Positions 1 through 9,009 are shown, counted from the first letter of the stretch. The stretch is DNA of 64,000 nucleotides from Gemmatimonadales bacterium UBA2988 (GCA_002346665.1 DEAG01000011.1:6589-70588), one strand, 5' to 3'. The notes: generated by a model not told the origin, from the letters alone. Numbers and translations: made by a program.

Positions 1-443
1 GGAAGCAACTCTACGTCGAGAAGGAGTCGTAGCATCTGCTCCAGGTCATTGTGCATGACACCCTTGCCTCCTTTGAGCATCAGCGCGAGACGCTGTCCCA
101 GCGGCGCCTGTCCCAGGGTGTCGAAAATCAGATTTGCAAGGCCCTTTTCATTCGAACCCCGAACGTACTTCTGGATGTATGGAACCAACGGATAGATGCG
201 GATGCGGGACACCAATTCTGACTGCGCCGCCAACACTCTGGACACCTCCGCAGCGCGCGGATGCGTCGACATCATCACCGCCGAAACACCAATATCGTCG
301 CACAAACGAAGAACGCCGACGATGTTCTCCACGTTCGCGAATTTCTCTGCCTTCTCCGCCCCTCGTGTCTGCGAGAGGTGGTCGACGCCAAAGAACGAAT
401 TGTGACCGGCGATGATCGGGTCAATTGGTTCAATTGCAGTCAT
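1..443 (-). CDS. hypothetical protein, 5' part only (frame runs off the left edge of the window)
   Basis: Absent from the ORF track because no stop is reached. By hand translation the minus-strand frame opens with ATG at 443-441 (MTAIEPIDPIIAGHNSFFGVDHLSQTRGAEKAEKF...) and stays open to base 1. Its ATG overlaps the TGA of the upstream gene (ATGA). No family recognised. Confidence 0.5.
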   Translation of the reverse strand, partial: MTAIEPIDPIIAGHNSFFGVDHLSQTRGAEKAEKFANVENIVGVLRLCDDIGVSAVMMSTHPRAAEVSRVLAAQSELVSRIRIYPLVPYIQKYVRGSNEKGLANLIFDTLGQAPLGQRLALMLKGGKGVMHNDLEQMLRLLLDVELL

Positions 444-1483
444 GCGGACACTTCCTCCGGCGCGCCGTTAGCCGCTGATGAAGTGTAGACAGCGTCTACG
501 ATCCGCTGCACATGAATAGCCTGGTCCATGTCGATGTCACCGGGTCTTTCCATGCGCACGGCATCCAAGAATGCTGCGTCCTCACGGGTGTACTGCGGAC
601 CACCGATATCGATTTCCACGGGGCGATAGAGATCGACGGCGTTCCAGACATTCCACCCCGGGGAGAGCTCACCGAACCCTCGTTCCAGATATAGCCGAAC
701 GGTGTCATCCGTCACGATCAGGTTTCCGTCCACGCCCTGAAGCTCGATGGTAATCTCTACCATCCGCCTGAATCGTACCGACCAGGACGAATCAACCCAA
801 CCGGTGACACCGCTCGAAAACTCGAGAAAGATGTGGGCGAAATCCTCGACCTCCTGAGAATAGACGCTCTGTACGCGCCCGTTGACCCGAGCTACAGGCC
901 CCAGGTACCAGGTGAGGAGATCCAGCAAGTGGGATCCCTGACTGAGCAAGACTCCACCGCCCGACAAGGTCTTGTCATAACGCCATCCCTTGCCACGGCG
1001 AAAAAGCTGTGAAACGTAGATGGTTGCCGTCACGCGCTGGATCGGCCCGAGACATCCGGAGCGGACCAATTCGCGCCCCTTGACGAAGGAATCCACGTAC
1101 CGCGTCATGTAGCCGACCATGTGGGCCATGCGACGTTCACGAAGTTGCTGGACCAGTCCTTCTGCCTGCCCTGCGTCCGTGGTCAGCGGTTTTTCCACAA
1201 AAAACGGCAGCCTCTTATCCACGCACGCCATACACATCGGCACGTGTTGGTCCACGGGCGTAGCGATCACCACGGCGTCGAGCTCGGCAGAGCGGATCAT
1301 GTCCTCAGCGTCCGTGAACATTTCGACCGAGCCGGTCAACTCCCCCAGCGCCGAGCGAGCCCACTTGGAGGGATCTGCTGCCGCGACCACCCGACTCCCT
1401 CGCAAACCGTTGAGGATGCCCGCATGCACCAGGCCCATTTTCCCGAGACCCGCAATCCCCACCCTGATCTGCGGGTCAATCAT
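440..1483 (-). CDS. Gfo/Idh/MocA-family NAD(P)-dependent sugar oxidoreductase
   Basis: ORF 440..1546. N-terminal Rossmann motif IRVGIAGLGKMGLVHAGIL and FFVEKPL motif. Start trimmed to ATG 1483 (MIDPQIRVGIAG), which overlaps the upstream gene end by 8 nt rather than 70 nt. Confidence 0.8.
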   Translation of the reverse strand: MIDPQIRVGIAGLGKMGLVHAGILNGLRGSRVVAAADPSKWARSALGELTGSVEMFTDAEDMIRSAELDAVVIATPVDQHVPMCMACVDKRLPFFVEKPLTTDAGQAEGLVQQLRERRMAHMVGYMTRYVDSFVKGRELVRSGCLGPIQRVTATIYVSQLFRRGKGWRYDKTLSGGGVLLSQGSHLLDLLTWYLGPVARVNGRVQSVYSQEVEDFAHIFLEFSSGVTGWVDSSWSVRFRRMVEITIELQGVDGNLIVTDDTVRLYLERGFGELSPGWNVWNAVDLYRPVEIDIGGPQYTREDAAFLDAVRMERPGDIDMDQAIHVQRIVDAVYTSSAANGAPEEVSA

Positions 1484-2438
1484 GCTTCCACTCCTTGACC
1501 GACTCTGAACTGTCGCGAGGCCTAGCCGTGTAGTCGAGCCTGTCAACTCGCGATTTTATGTCTTTCGCCAACTGGACTGTGAACCCGAAGGAAAAGAGCT
1601 GAACCCCAACCATGACCAACAACGCGATGAGCACGAAGGATGGTAGACGCGTGAACATTTGCTTGACCTCGAATCCGGCCTGCCCGGCGATAAAAAAGAA
1701 ATACAGGACAGCGGCGGAAATAAGCCACAAACCCAACGTATAAAGCCAGCGAATGTGAACGCCGGACCGAACGAGCAATATCGGAAGGGTGTACATGATA
1801 TATTTCGGAATAGATCCCACGACGCGTGATTTTCCTTGTAGCCTAGGTCGCCAACTCGAAGGAACTTCGACAATACGAAATCCCTTCTCATGAGCGTCGA
1901 TGATAGACTCCTGCACGTATGTGTGTGTGCCTACGATGTCGAACTCTCGAACCACCTCCGGCCGCATCGCCCGAATACCACCGTGTGAGTCCGTGATGGG
2001 AAGTCCCGTGAACCCACGGAGGATTCGGGCGAGAATGCTCGTGCCGATCCGATTGATCCAGCGATAGGGGTATTTGACCAGGCTGGGTTCCACAAAGCGC
2101 GATCCAAGCACCAGGTCGGCCTCGTTGGCCGCCAGCGGGGCGAGAAACCTGCCGAGTTCCCCTGGATCTGACTGCCCGTCAGCATCCATGGAGACAATAA
2201 TCTCGGGATCAAAGGCCAGACTGGCTTTCCACCCACGCTGCATAGCATATCCGAGACCCTTCCCCCCACCGATCACGACGTGAACACCCATCCGGCTTGC
2301 GATCGACCGGGTGGCGTCATTGGAATCGTCGACAATGATTAGCACCGGGTCCCTGAGTCCCTCCTCAGCGAACGCACCCCGGATCTCGCTAATCACGGAC
2401 TCGATGGTTGCCTCCTCGTTAGCGGTCGGCAACACCAC
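1476..2438 (-). CDS. GT2 glycosyltransferase of polyprenyl-phosphate sugar synthase type (DPM1/GtrB/ArnC-like)
   Basis: VLPTANEEATIESVI, IIVDDSNDATR and SMDADGQSDP (GT-A fold with DxD), followed by C-terminal hydrophobic helices (LWLISAAVLYFFFIAG, FVLIALLVMVGVQLFSFGF). GTG start. Confidence 0.8.
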   Translation of the reverse strand: MVLPTANEEATIESVISEIRGAFAEEGLRDPVLIIVDDSNDATRSIASRMGVHVVIGGGKGLGYAMQRGWKASLAFDPEIIVSMDADGQSDPGELGRFLAPLAANEADLVLGSRFVEPSLVKYPYRWINRIGTSILARILRGFTGLPITDSHGGIRAMRPEVVREFDIVGTHTYVQESIIDAHEKGFRIVEVPSSWRPRLQGKSRVVGSIPKYIMYTLPILLVRSGVHIRWLYTLGLWLISAAVLYFFFIAGQAGFEVKQMFTRLPSFVLIALLVMVGVQLFSFGFTVQLAKDIKSRVDRLDYTARPRDSSESVKEWKHD

Positions 2439-2577
2439 GCAGATCTGCCATTGGCGTGGATCCGAGGAAAGCTCAACGTCAGGCTTGATAAACAGTGGTC
2501 AGATTCCTTTGCTCAAGGGTTACCGGTAATCGTCACGTGCATAGGGTCCGTCGGGCGCTGACCAACCGAGCGGTCCA

Positions 2578-3900
2578 TCAGAGCCGCAACACTTCAAGAG
2601 GTGCGGCATCAACGGGCAGGCAGCGTACCAGGTCGAGCACTCGCGCACCGGCGGGACACAGATCAATTAGCCTCTCAGCCGTGACAATGGCCTTCCCGAC
2701 GACAATCAACGCCGGCTTGGACGGGTCGTCTGTAACGAGGTCCTCGAGATCCTCCACAAGGAGACTTACCAGGTGGGGAATATGTTCCTCGACGTACCGA
2801 AGGTTCCGCCCCTGGAGCATCTCCAGTCGCACCTCGGGATCGAAGATCTGTATCTCGAAGCCCTTGCCTAACAGTCGCTCCGCTAGCTCCACAAGGGGAC
2901 TCTCGCGTAGGTCATCGGTTCCGGACTTGAAACTCAATCCGATGAGTCCGATGCGGCGCCTATCGGCACCCCCGATGAGATCCACCGACCGGGCAATCAC
3001 GGACTCGTTACTCGGGCCAACGGCAGAAAGGAGCGGCGTCGGAATTCCGTGGATCACAGCCGTCCGGGTAAGTGCTCTGAGGTCCTTGGGCAAGCAAGAG
3101 CCACCGAACGCGTAACCCGGGCGGAGATACGCCGGAGAGATATTGAGGATGCGGTCCTCGCACAGCATATCCATGACGCCGCCGCCATCCGCATGAAAGA
3201 CCCTCTCCAATGCGCCAATCTCGTTTGCGAAAGCCACCTTCATGGCGTGGAAAGAGTTGCACGCGTACTTGAGAAGCGAAGCCGTACCGGGCGACACGGC
3301 GACGAAGGGAGCATCGATTCCGGAGTACAGCTCCCGGAAAACCGGGATAGCCTTCGCGTGATCCGTCCCCACCACCAGGTACGGAGGATTGAGGAAGTCC
3401 TCTATCGCGTTGCCTTCCCGGAGGAACTCGGGGTTGAGGGCGAAGAAGACATCCTTCTCCCAACGCTCGGCAAGGGGTCCACTCGCAAGAAGCGGCAGGA
3501 CTTCAGCAGCCAACTGCGGGTGCGGCAGGGTGGAGCGGAGAGCGATGACGTAAGGATTCGGGTGCCCCCGAAGCGCTGCTGCAACGTCTTCAAGCACCCG
3601 CTGGATCTGGACGGTCTCGCAGGTTCCGTCAGTTCTACTGGGCGTCCCGACGCAAATCAACGCGATATCTGTATGCGGGATTGCCTCTTCCGTCGTGCTC
3701 ACGGGAATCACACTGCCGGTCCGGATACCTTCTCCCAGCAGCTCATCGAGACCTGGCTCAGCCACGGGCGTACAACCCGCACGTAGCGTACGTAGCTTCT
3801 CGTCCGAGATCTCTACCAGCCAAACCTGGTGCCCGAGGCTGGCAAGACATGCCGCGGAAACGCAGCCGACATACCCCGCCCCAAACAGAGCTATATTTAT
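2578..3900 (-). CDS. algD: GDP-mannose 6-dehydrogenase-like nucleotide-sugar dehydrogenase (AlgD type)
   Basis: ORF 2578..3765 lacks the Rossmann N-terminus. The same frame stays open 135 nt further upstream and encodes (I)NIALFGAGYVGCVSAACLASLGHQV. The blocks GYAFGGSCLPKDLRAL, GLSFKSGTDDLRESPLVELAE and IPHLVSLLVEDLEDLV match P. aeruginosa AlgD as I remember it. Start assigned to ATA at 3900 (see finding). Confidence 0.75.
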   Translation of the reverse strand: MNIALFGAGYVGCVSAACLASLGHQVWLVEISDEKLRTLRAGCTPVAEPGLDELLGEGIRTGSVIPVSTTEEAIPHTDIALICVGTPSRTDGTCETVQIQRVLEDVAAALRGHPNPYVIALRSTLPHPQLAAEVLPLLASGPLAERWEKDVFFALNPEFLREGNAIEDFLNPPYLVVGTDHAKAIPVFRELYSGIDAPFVAVSPGTASLLKYACNSFHAMKVAFANEIGALERVFHADGGGVMDMLCEDRILNISPAYLRPGYAFGGSCLPKDLRALTRTAVIHGIPTPLLSAVGPSNESVIARSVDLIGGADRRRIGLIGLSFKSGTDDLRESPLVELAERLLGKGFEIQIFDPEVRLEMLQGRNLRYVEEHIPHLVSLLVEDLEDLVTDDPSKPALIVVGKAIVTAERLIDLCPAGARVLDLVRCLPVDAAPLEVLRL

Positions 3901-5339
3901 GGTCTCTCACTCTCCTTCAGAGCAGGTTCCCCACCCACTCCCATTCGCCGTGCGGCAAGAACTCCCGCGAACAGCCAGAACGCTGAGTTCTCGACACTAA
4001 AAAGGTTGAATGCGCTGAAAAACGACAGGCAGAGGGTGGCAGGAATGTACGCTGCGCAGGCTAGGCCAAGGCCGCGGACGAACCTGTCTTGCCTGGAATG
4101 ATAAATACCCCAGGCCATACCCATGAGCGCCACCAGAAGCCAGCCATAAGCCACAAGCCCAAGCACTCCTTGATCTGTCAAAAGCTCGATAAAGTAGTTG
4201 TGGACATCATACGACCCCAAGAGTATTGCGCCCATCGGGCCGAATTCTCCGCTGTGCTGCGTGAAGATTCCACCTCCACCTCCGAACGGCACGACCCAGG
4301 TGTATTCTTGGATGAAATTCCAAGCGGCACCCCAGATGGCGACCCGGCCTGAGGTGTACTCGCTGATAACCGACCAATCAGAAGAAGCCACAGTCCCTAA
4401 CGTGAATACGCGGTCCCAGACGGTGGCGGGTAGCCAGAAGGGTGTGAGGATTAACCCCACTACCCCCACCCAAATAAGCTTGCGGTACTCGGTCAACGCC
4501 AATACAACGAGAGCTACAGCAGCAGCCAGGTAAGCGGCCCGGGTGAAGGAGTACAGGAGCGTTGCTATCGACGCCACCGATCCGGCTAGGATAAGCCCAC
4601 GAAGCCACTTTCTGGACGTATAGGTGAACGCGAACACCGCAAACGGAATAGCCAGGGCTACGACGCGGCCGTGACCGGCCAGCATGCCAAGCCTTGTCGT
4701 AATGGTGCGCGCTCCCATGTCCAGGGACACGCCACCGACTAAAGCACTGCCGAACACTAAGCTGCCGATACCGACCGTCGCGAGCAGGCTGTACAGTCCC
4801 CACCTAACCTCGCGATCGCGCATGGGGAGGTTCGTACCTACGAAGAAAAAGATCAGTGGCAGGAGCGGAATGGCAAAGTAGCCGAGAATGAAGGACCCCA
4901 GATCTCCCATGGGAGGGGAGCCAGGCCGCAGTCGAGCACGCACAATCGCGATCATCGCCAACAATAGGACGGCTATCATGGGCCCAAAAATGCGTCGGTC
5001 CCCGACCAGTGGCCTGTGCTCCTTCAGGGATCGCACGGCCGTTCCCACGAGGGCTCCGAATAGCAGAAGGATAAGGGGATCAAGGCCCGGGATGCCCAGC
5101 ATCCTGCCTGGAAGGAGACCGTGAAAGGGAGCGATGGCAACCAAGACCGGGAACGCCAGCGCCGGCAGCAACGGCATGGCAAAAGCTACAAAAACCGCGA
5201 CCAGGCCACTCAGGGCCATCACCACCGACCGCTCTGCGACAAGAGGAGGGACGACCATTCCCGCAATCAGGGCAGCGAGAAAGACCGCGGGCATGGTTCC
5301 CGAGGTCAATACGGGACGGTTAAGCGCCAGACGATTCAT
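3897..5339 (-). CDS. O-antigen ligase / Wzy-like polymerase family membrane protein
   Basis: About 11 hydrophobic helices and the family loop motif YDVHNYFIELLTDQGVLGLVAYGWLL. Start uncertain: ATG 5339 overlaps the upstream gene by 20 nt, and the alternative is MPAVFL at 5294. Confidence 0.7.
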   Translation of the reverse strand: MNRLALNRPVLTSGTMPAVFLAALIAGMVVPPLVAERSVVMALSGLVAVFVAFAMPLLPALAFPVLVAIAPFHGLLPGRMLGIPGLDPLILLLFGALVGTAVRSLKEHRPLVGDRRIFGPMIAVLLLAMIAIVRARLRPGSPPMGDLGSFILGYFAIPLLPLIFFFVGTNLPMRDREVRWGLYSLLATVGIGSLVFGSALVGGVSLDMGARTITTRLGMLAGHGRVVALAIPFAVFAFTYTSRKWLRGLILAGSVASIATLLYSFTRAAYLAAAVALVVLALTEYRKLIWVGVVGLILTPFWLPATVWDRVFTLGTVASSDWSVISEYTSGRVAIWGAAWNFIQEYTWVVPFGGGGGIFTQHSGEFGPMGAILLGSYDVHNYFIELLTDQGVLGLVAYGWLLVALMGMAWGIYHSRQDRFVRGLGLACAAYIPATLCLSFFSAFNLFSVENSAFWLFAGVLAARRMGVGGEPALKESERP

Positions 5340-7149
5340 CTCTAAGACGCTCCGTCGGGATCCCCGCAGGCGGCGTGATCCGATACACCTTCACTTCGGC
5401 CGACCGCGTCGGCCCATTTGGGACGGGGAATGTGGTAATTAGCTCCCAGCGCTCCTCGATCGCACTGTAGAATTGGTGGGAGCTTGGGAAGGCCTCCCGG
5501 CCTGTCGGAGTGAAGAACCGCGAATACCAGTGGCTGGACGTCACAAAATATTGATAACCTTCTCGCTCGAAGAACTCCGGATAGAGGGGAGTCACCATTG
5601 TGTTCCTGGACGCCATGGCGGCTGCAGATGTCGATTCGGCCTCCGAGGACTTCCAGGTCGGCTGATGAACCATGAGGAGATCATAGGTCTGTGTTCGGGA
5701 CCGCTCGGCTACTTCTATCATCAGACGACGGTAGGTCGAACGAGCATCTGCGATATACTCTTTCCCCAACATAGTCTTCTCGTGTTCACTCCTGGCCGAC
5801 TCTTCCCAGCGCGCCCTGAGGCTAGCTACCGTCGGCTTCAACTGAGGTCCGTAGTTGTCTACCGCGATGCGGGTACCTGGTGGGATATGATCCTCAATCC
5901 ACCTCTTAGCTACGTTCCGATTGTCCGGAGCGATGAAGGCGAGATTCGTCCACACAACGCTGGCCGCTGCCGGAGCGAGCACGATCAGCGCCACAAATGC
6001 TACTGTCGCGGTCTCCCCGATCCGCACGGGGATTCGCCGGATCCAGGTGGCCAAACTGTCTATCCCCACACCGACCAACAGGGCCAAGACCGGAGTGACA
6101 GGGAGGATATACCAGAACTTGGCCGCCGAACGCGACATCACGACAAAGTAGACGATCACCGCACCAAGCGTTACCCACCGTGCCCAGGTCGGTCGGAAGG
6201 CACAAGAAAGCAGGCCGACAAGGGCTGCCCCTGCCAACGTGGGACCGAACACCGCAGGATCAACTAGGTACCCACCGAACCGGAGCGCCCCAATCCCAAT
6301 AGTGCCTTCTGCAGAGATCTGTGTGGAATTGAACACGGTGTACATCAGATCACGAATGACGGCGTCCAATTCGAACAATAGATAGGGAAACCCGATCAGC
6401 AGGCCAGCAGCGAAGGCTCCCAGGGCCGCAGCCCCCGCTCCGGTCGCCCTCAACTTCCACGGCGGCAGCCGTTCCCTGACCAACCAGGCCACCCAGGCCA
6501 GAATCACGGCCCCCGCCCACAGGATCGCAGGAAACTTGGTTGCGGTCCCCAGCCCAACCCAGAGGCCGGCAAGAGCAAGGTGCCGGATCCTCCCCGAATC
6601 CAGAAAGCTGACCACGCTGATGAATACCAGAACGACAAAGAAGACCGCGGGTACGTCCGGCCGGGTATAGTGGGAGTACTCGGCGTGCAAGGGCAGGAAC
6701 GCTAGAGCCAGGCCGGACAGAAATCCCACCCTCCGAGAAAATAGCCGCTCGCCTAGGCGGTACGTCAGGACAACCGTAGCAGCTCCGACCAGAGCCTCGA
6801 GCCCGCGACCGGTCAGGTACACGGCACTGGGATCCGTCAAGTAGCTGACGGCGAACTCCGAGGCCCCCTGATAGACCCCCAGAAAAACTCCCAGAAGGTA
6901 AAGAACTCCGAAACCACCAAATAGCACGAAAGAGAATAGCGGCTGGTACTGGAAGGTCAGAGGAATGGGGTTCCCTGTACCCAGGGCCAGAGCGTTGTTC
7001 ACAAGGACGTGCTCAGCCGGTCCGTAGAGTGCTGGTAACCCGAATCCAATCCCCCAGAGGCGAAGGGCCAGGGCCACTCCTCCGAGCCCTACCATGATCC
7101 AGCGTCCATCACGCCGTACGGACGCAGACCGACTAATACCCATGTTCAT
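5320..7149 (-). CDS. GT-C fold membrane glycosyltransferase (PMT_2 / ArnT-like, GT39/GT83 type) with C-terminal soluble domain
   Basis: N-terminal LRLWGIGFGLP, many TM helices over about 400 aa, then a roughly 200-aa hydrophilic C-terminal domain. Start trimmed to ATG 7149 (ATGA overlap with the upstream stop). Confidence 0.65.
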   Translation of the reverse strand: MNMGISRSASVRRDGRWIMVGLGGVALALRLWGIGFGLPALYGPAEHVLVNNALALGTGNPIPLTFQYQPLFSFVLFGGFGVLYLLGVFLGVYQGASEFAVSYLTDPSAVYLTGRGLEALVGAATVVLTYRLGERLFSRRVGFLSGLALAFLPLHAEYSHYTRPDVPAVFFVVLVFISVVSFLDSGRIRHLALAGLWVGLGTATKFPAILWAGAVILAWVAWLVRERLPPWKLRATGAGAAALGAFAAGLLIGFPYLLFELDAVIRDLMYTVFNSTQISAEGTIGIGALRFGGYLVDPAVFGPTLAGAALVGLLSCAFRPTWARWVTLGAVIVYFVVMSRSAAKFWYILPVTPVLALLVGVGIDSLATWIRRIPVRIGETATVAFVALIVLAPAAASVVWTNLAFIAPDNRNVAKRWIEDHIPPGTRIAVDNYGPQLKPTVASLRARWEESARSEHEKTMLGKEYIADARSTYRRLMIEVAERSRTQTYDLLMVHQPTWKSSEAESTSAAAMASRNTMVTPLYPEFFEREGYQYFVTSSHWYSRFFTPTGREAFPSSHQFYSAIEERWELITTFPVPNGPTRSAEVKVYRITPPAGIPTERLRDESSGA

Positions 7150-8852
7150 GTGTACACCCTTCCCCGCAGCAGGCGCCAACAGTCGCGGAAGAAAAGCGAG
7201 GGATGTGCCCGGTAGACGTCGCGCCGGTCCTGAAACCGATACCAGAGGCGACGGACGCGTCGCCCGAGCGTTGCCCTGCGCAACTCCATATTAATGTCTA
7301 TGTAGAAACGTGGGTGACACATGGCCAGCAGGTGCAGCAAGATGCGGTTCCCAATCCGCCCGGACCCGAATGCCGCATCGTAGGCCACGATCAGGACCCG
7401 GCTACTCCAGGGCGCCTTCAACACTCTCAACCACAGACGGAAATCCAACCTCTCGTTACCCGTCAAGCTCACCCTAGTGAACTCGATCCCCATGCGATCC
7501 AACCCCTCCCGAAGGCCCCACTCGATCAGCTCCGCTTCCCTGCCACTGTTATTTATGAAAGCGACCGCCTCCTCGACACGGGTGAGACCGTCACTTCCCA
7601 GCGCCTTGGGTAGCTCTTCACCGCATCTCTGTGCTAGGTACTGGCGCTGATACTCTATCGCAGATTCCTCACTTTCCCGAAACATCCTGCGGTATCTATC
7701 AAGCGCATCGCGGGTCCCCTCAACATCACCGCCCTGGATCAGGTTCACGGTCTCTTCAGGGTCATTCAAAAGATCGTAGAATTCTTCACGGTCCGAGTCC
7801 TCAAGGCCATGGTACAAGACATACTTGAAACGTCGCCCCCTGAGACCGGACACTCGATGATCCTGGGCCAGATAGCGGGCGTCGATCCGAACGACGTGCT
7901 CATCATTTGCATGATCCCCGCTAACGATCGACTCCTCCTGCAATCCGTCCCCAAGAAGATGGGCCACAGAGCGCCCCTGAACCCGCGGTGCACCGTCCTC
8001 CACCAGGCGGCGACGTTGACCGGACAGCCCGAGAAGGTCAAGCAGTGTAGGCGCCACGTCGAGCGTGCTAGCCATCTCGTCGACCTTTTTCGGCCGACAA
8101 CCCGGATACCACAACAAAAAGGGCACGATCACGTTGTCATCGGTCAGGATGAGATCATGTCTATTGTAGAACGGCCCTCGCCGCTTGATTAACTCGTTGA
8201 AAGACTTCCTACTGGGATCCGGGAAGCCGTGGTCGGAGCACATGACCACCACGCTCCGTTCGTACAATCCTCGCTCTTCGATCACGCTCAAAAGGCGCGC
8301 CACCCGATCTGAGACGGATGGATCCCTCCGGCCATTAATGTGAATGAAGGTGAAGACAGGGTCGGGAAGTGACGAACGAAGCACGGCCGTCGCTGCTGTC
8401 TCAACCGTGGCGCCATCCCAATGTTCCCAACTTCTCGCCCCCGAAGGAAGAAACCGAGCTGGGACCGGCTTGAGAATCTCGCGGAAATAGCGTCGAGCTT
8501 CACGGTAAAAGCTCACGCCGAAACGCTCGTACCCCTCTTCGGCCAGCAGAGACCCGAGATTTCGGAACTCTCCCTGGTCATACCGAAACGTCTCAAAGCT
8601 TCGACTCAATAGGTACGACGGTACCGAAGTAAACATGGAGCTCAGCGACATCACCGTGCTCGGCGCGACCGTAACCATGGTGGTGAATTCCACCGCCCGC
8701 TCCGCAAAGCGATCCATGACGTCTAGACGCCCTAGTCCCAACTCGTCATCTGGGCAATGATAGCTGCGCACCCCATCCACCAGTATCCAGATGAGGTTCC
8801 ATGCGCTCGCTCCTGCCTGCACTCCTTTCTCTTGTTGCTTGTCTTGTTTCAA
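7146..8852 (-). CDS. sulfatase-fold (alkaline phosphatase superfamily) enzyme with unrecognised C-terminal domain
   Basis: NLIWILVDGVRSYH (metal-binding Asp region) and VVMCSDHGFPD. The formylglycine position reads VAPSTVMSLSSMF instead of C/S-x-P-x-R. No signal peptide or TM helix. TTG start at 8852 (alternative GTG at 8822). Confidence 0.65.
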   Translation of the reverse strand: MKQDKQQEKGVQAGASAWNLIWILVDGVRSYHCPDDELGLGRLDVMDRFAERAVEFTTMVTVAPSTVMSLSSMFTSVPSYLLSRSFETFRYDQGEFRNLGSLLAEEGYERFGVSFYREARRYFREILKPVPARFLPSGARSWEHWDGATVETAATAVLRSSLPDPVFTFIHINGRRDPSVSDRVARLLSVIEERGLYERSVVVMCSDHGFPDPSRKSFNELIKRRGPFYNRHDLILTDDNVIVPFLLWYPGCRPKKVDEMASTLDVAPTLLDLLGLSGQRRRLVEDGAPRVQGRSVAHLLGDGLQEESIVSGDHANDEHVVRIDARYLAQDHRVSGLRGRRFKYVLYHGLEDSDREEFYDLLNDPEETVNLIQGGDVEGTRDALDRYRRMFRESEESAIEYQRQYLAQRCGEELPKALGSDGLTRVEEAVAFINNSGREAELIEWGLREGLDRMGIEFTRVSLTGNERLDFRLWLRVLKAPWSSRVLIVAYDAAFGSGRIGNRILLHLLAMCHPRFYIDINMELRRATLGRRVRRLWYRFQDRRDVYRAHPSLFFRDCWRLLRGRVYT

Positions 8853-9009
8853 GTTCGGGTCATCCGCACGGTATTGTACTCACAGATTCCTGAAGCACCC
8901 CTTTAAAGCATATAACCCCAGGAGCGATGCGCCACGAAGAGACCTCGCTACGGTAGATCATATTTATATCACGTTCCGTATCGAAACGATGTGTACTACG
9001 ACCCTGAGA

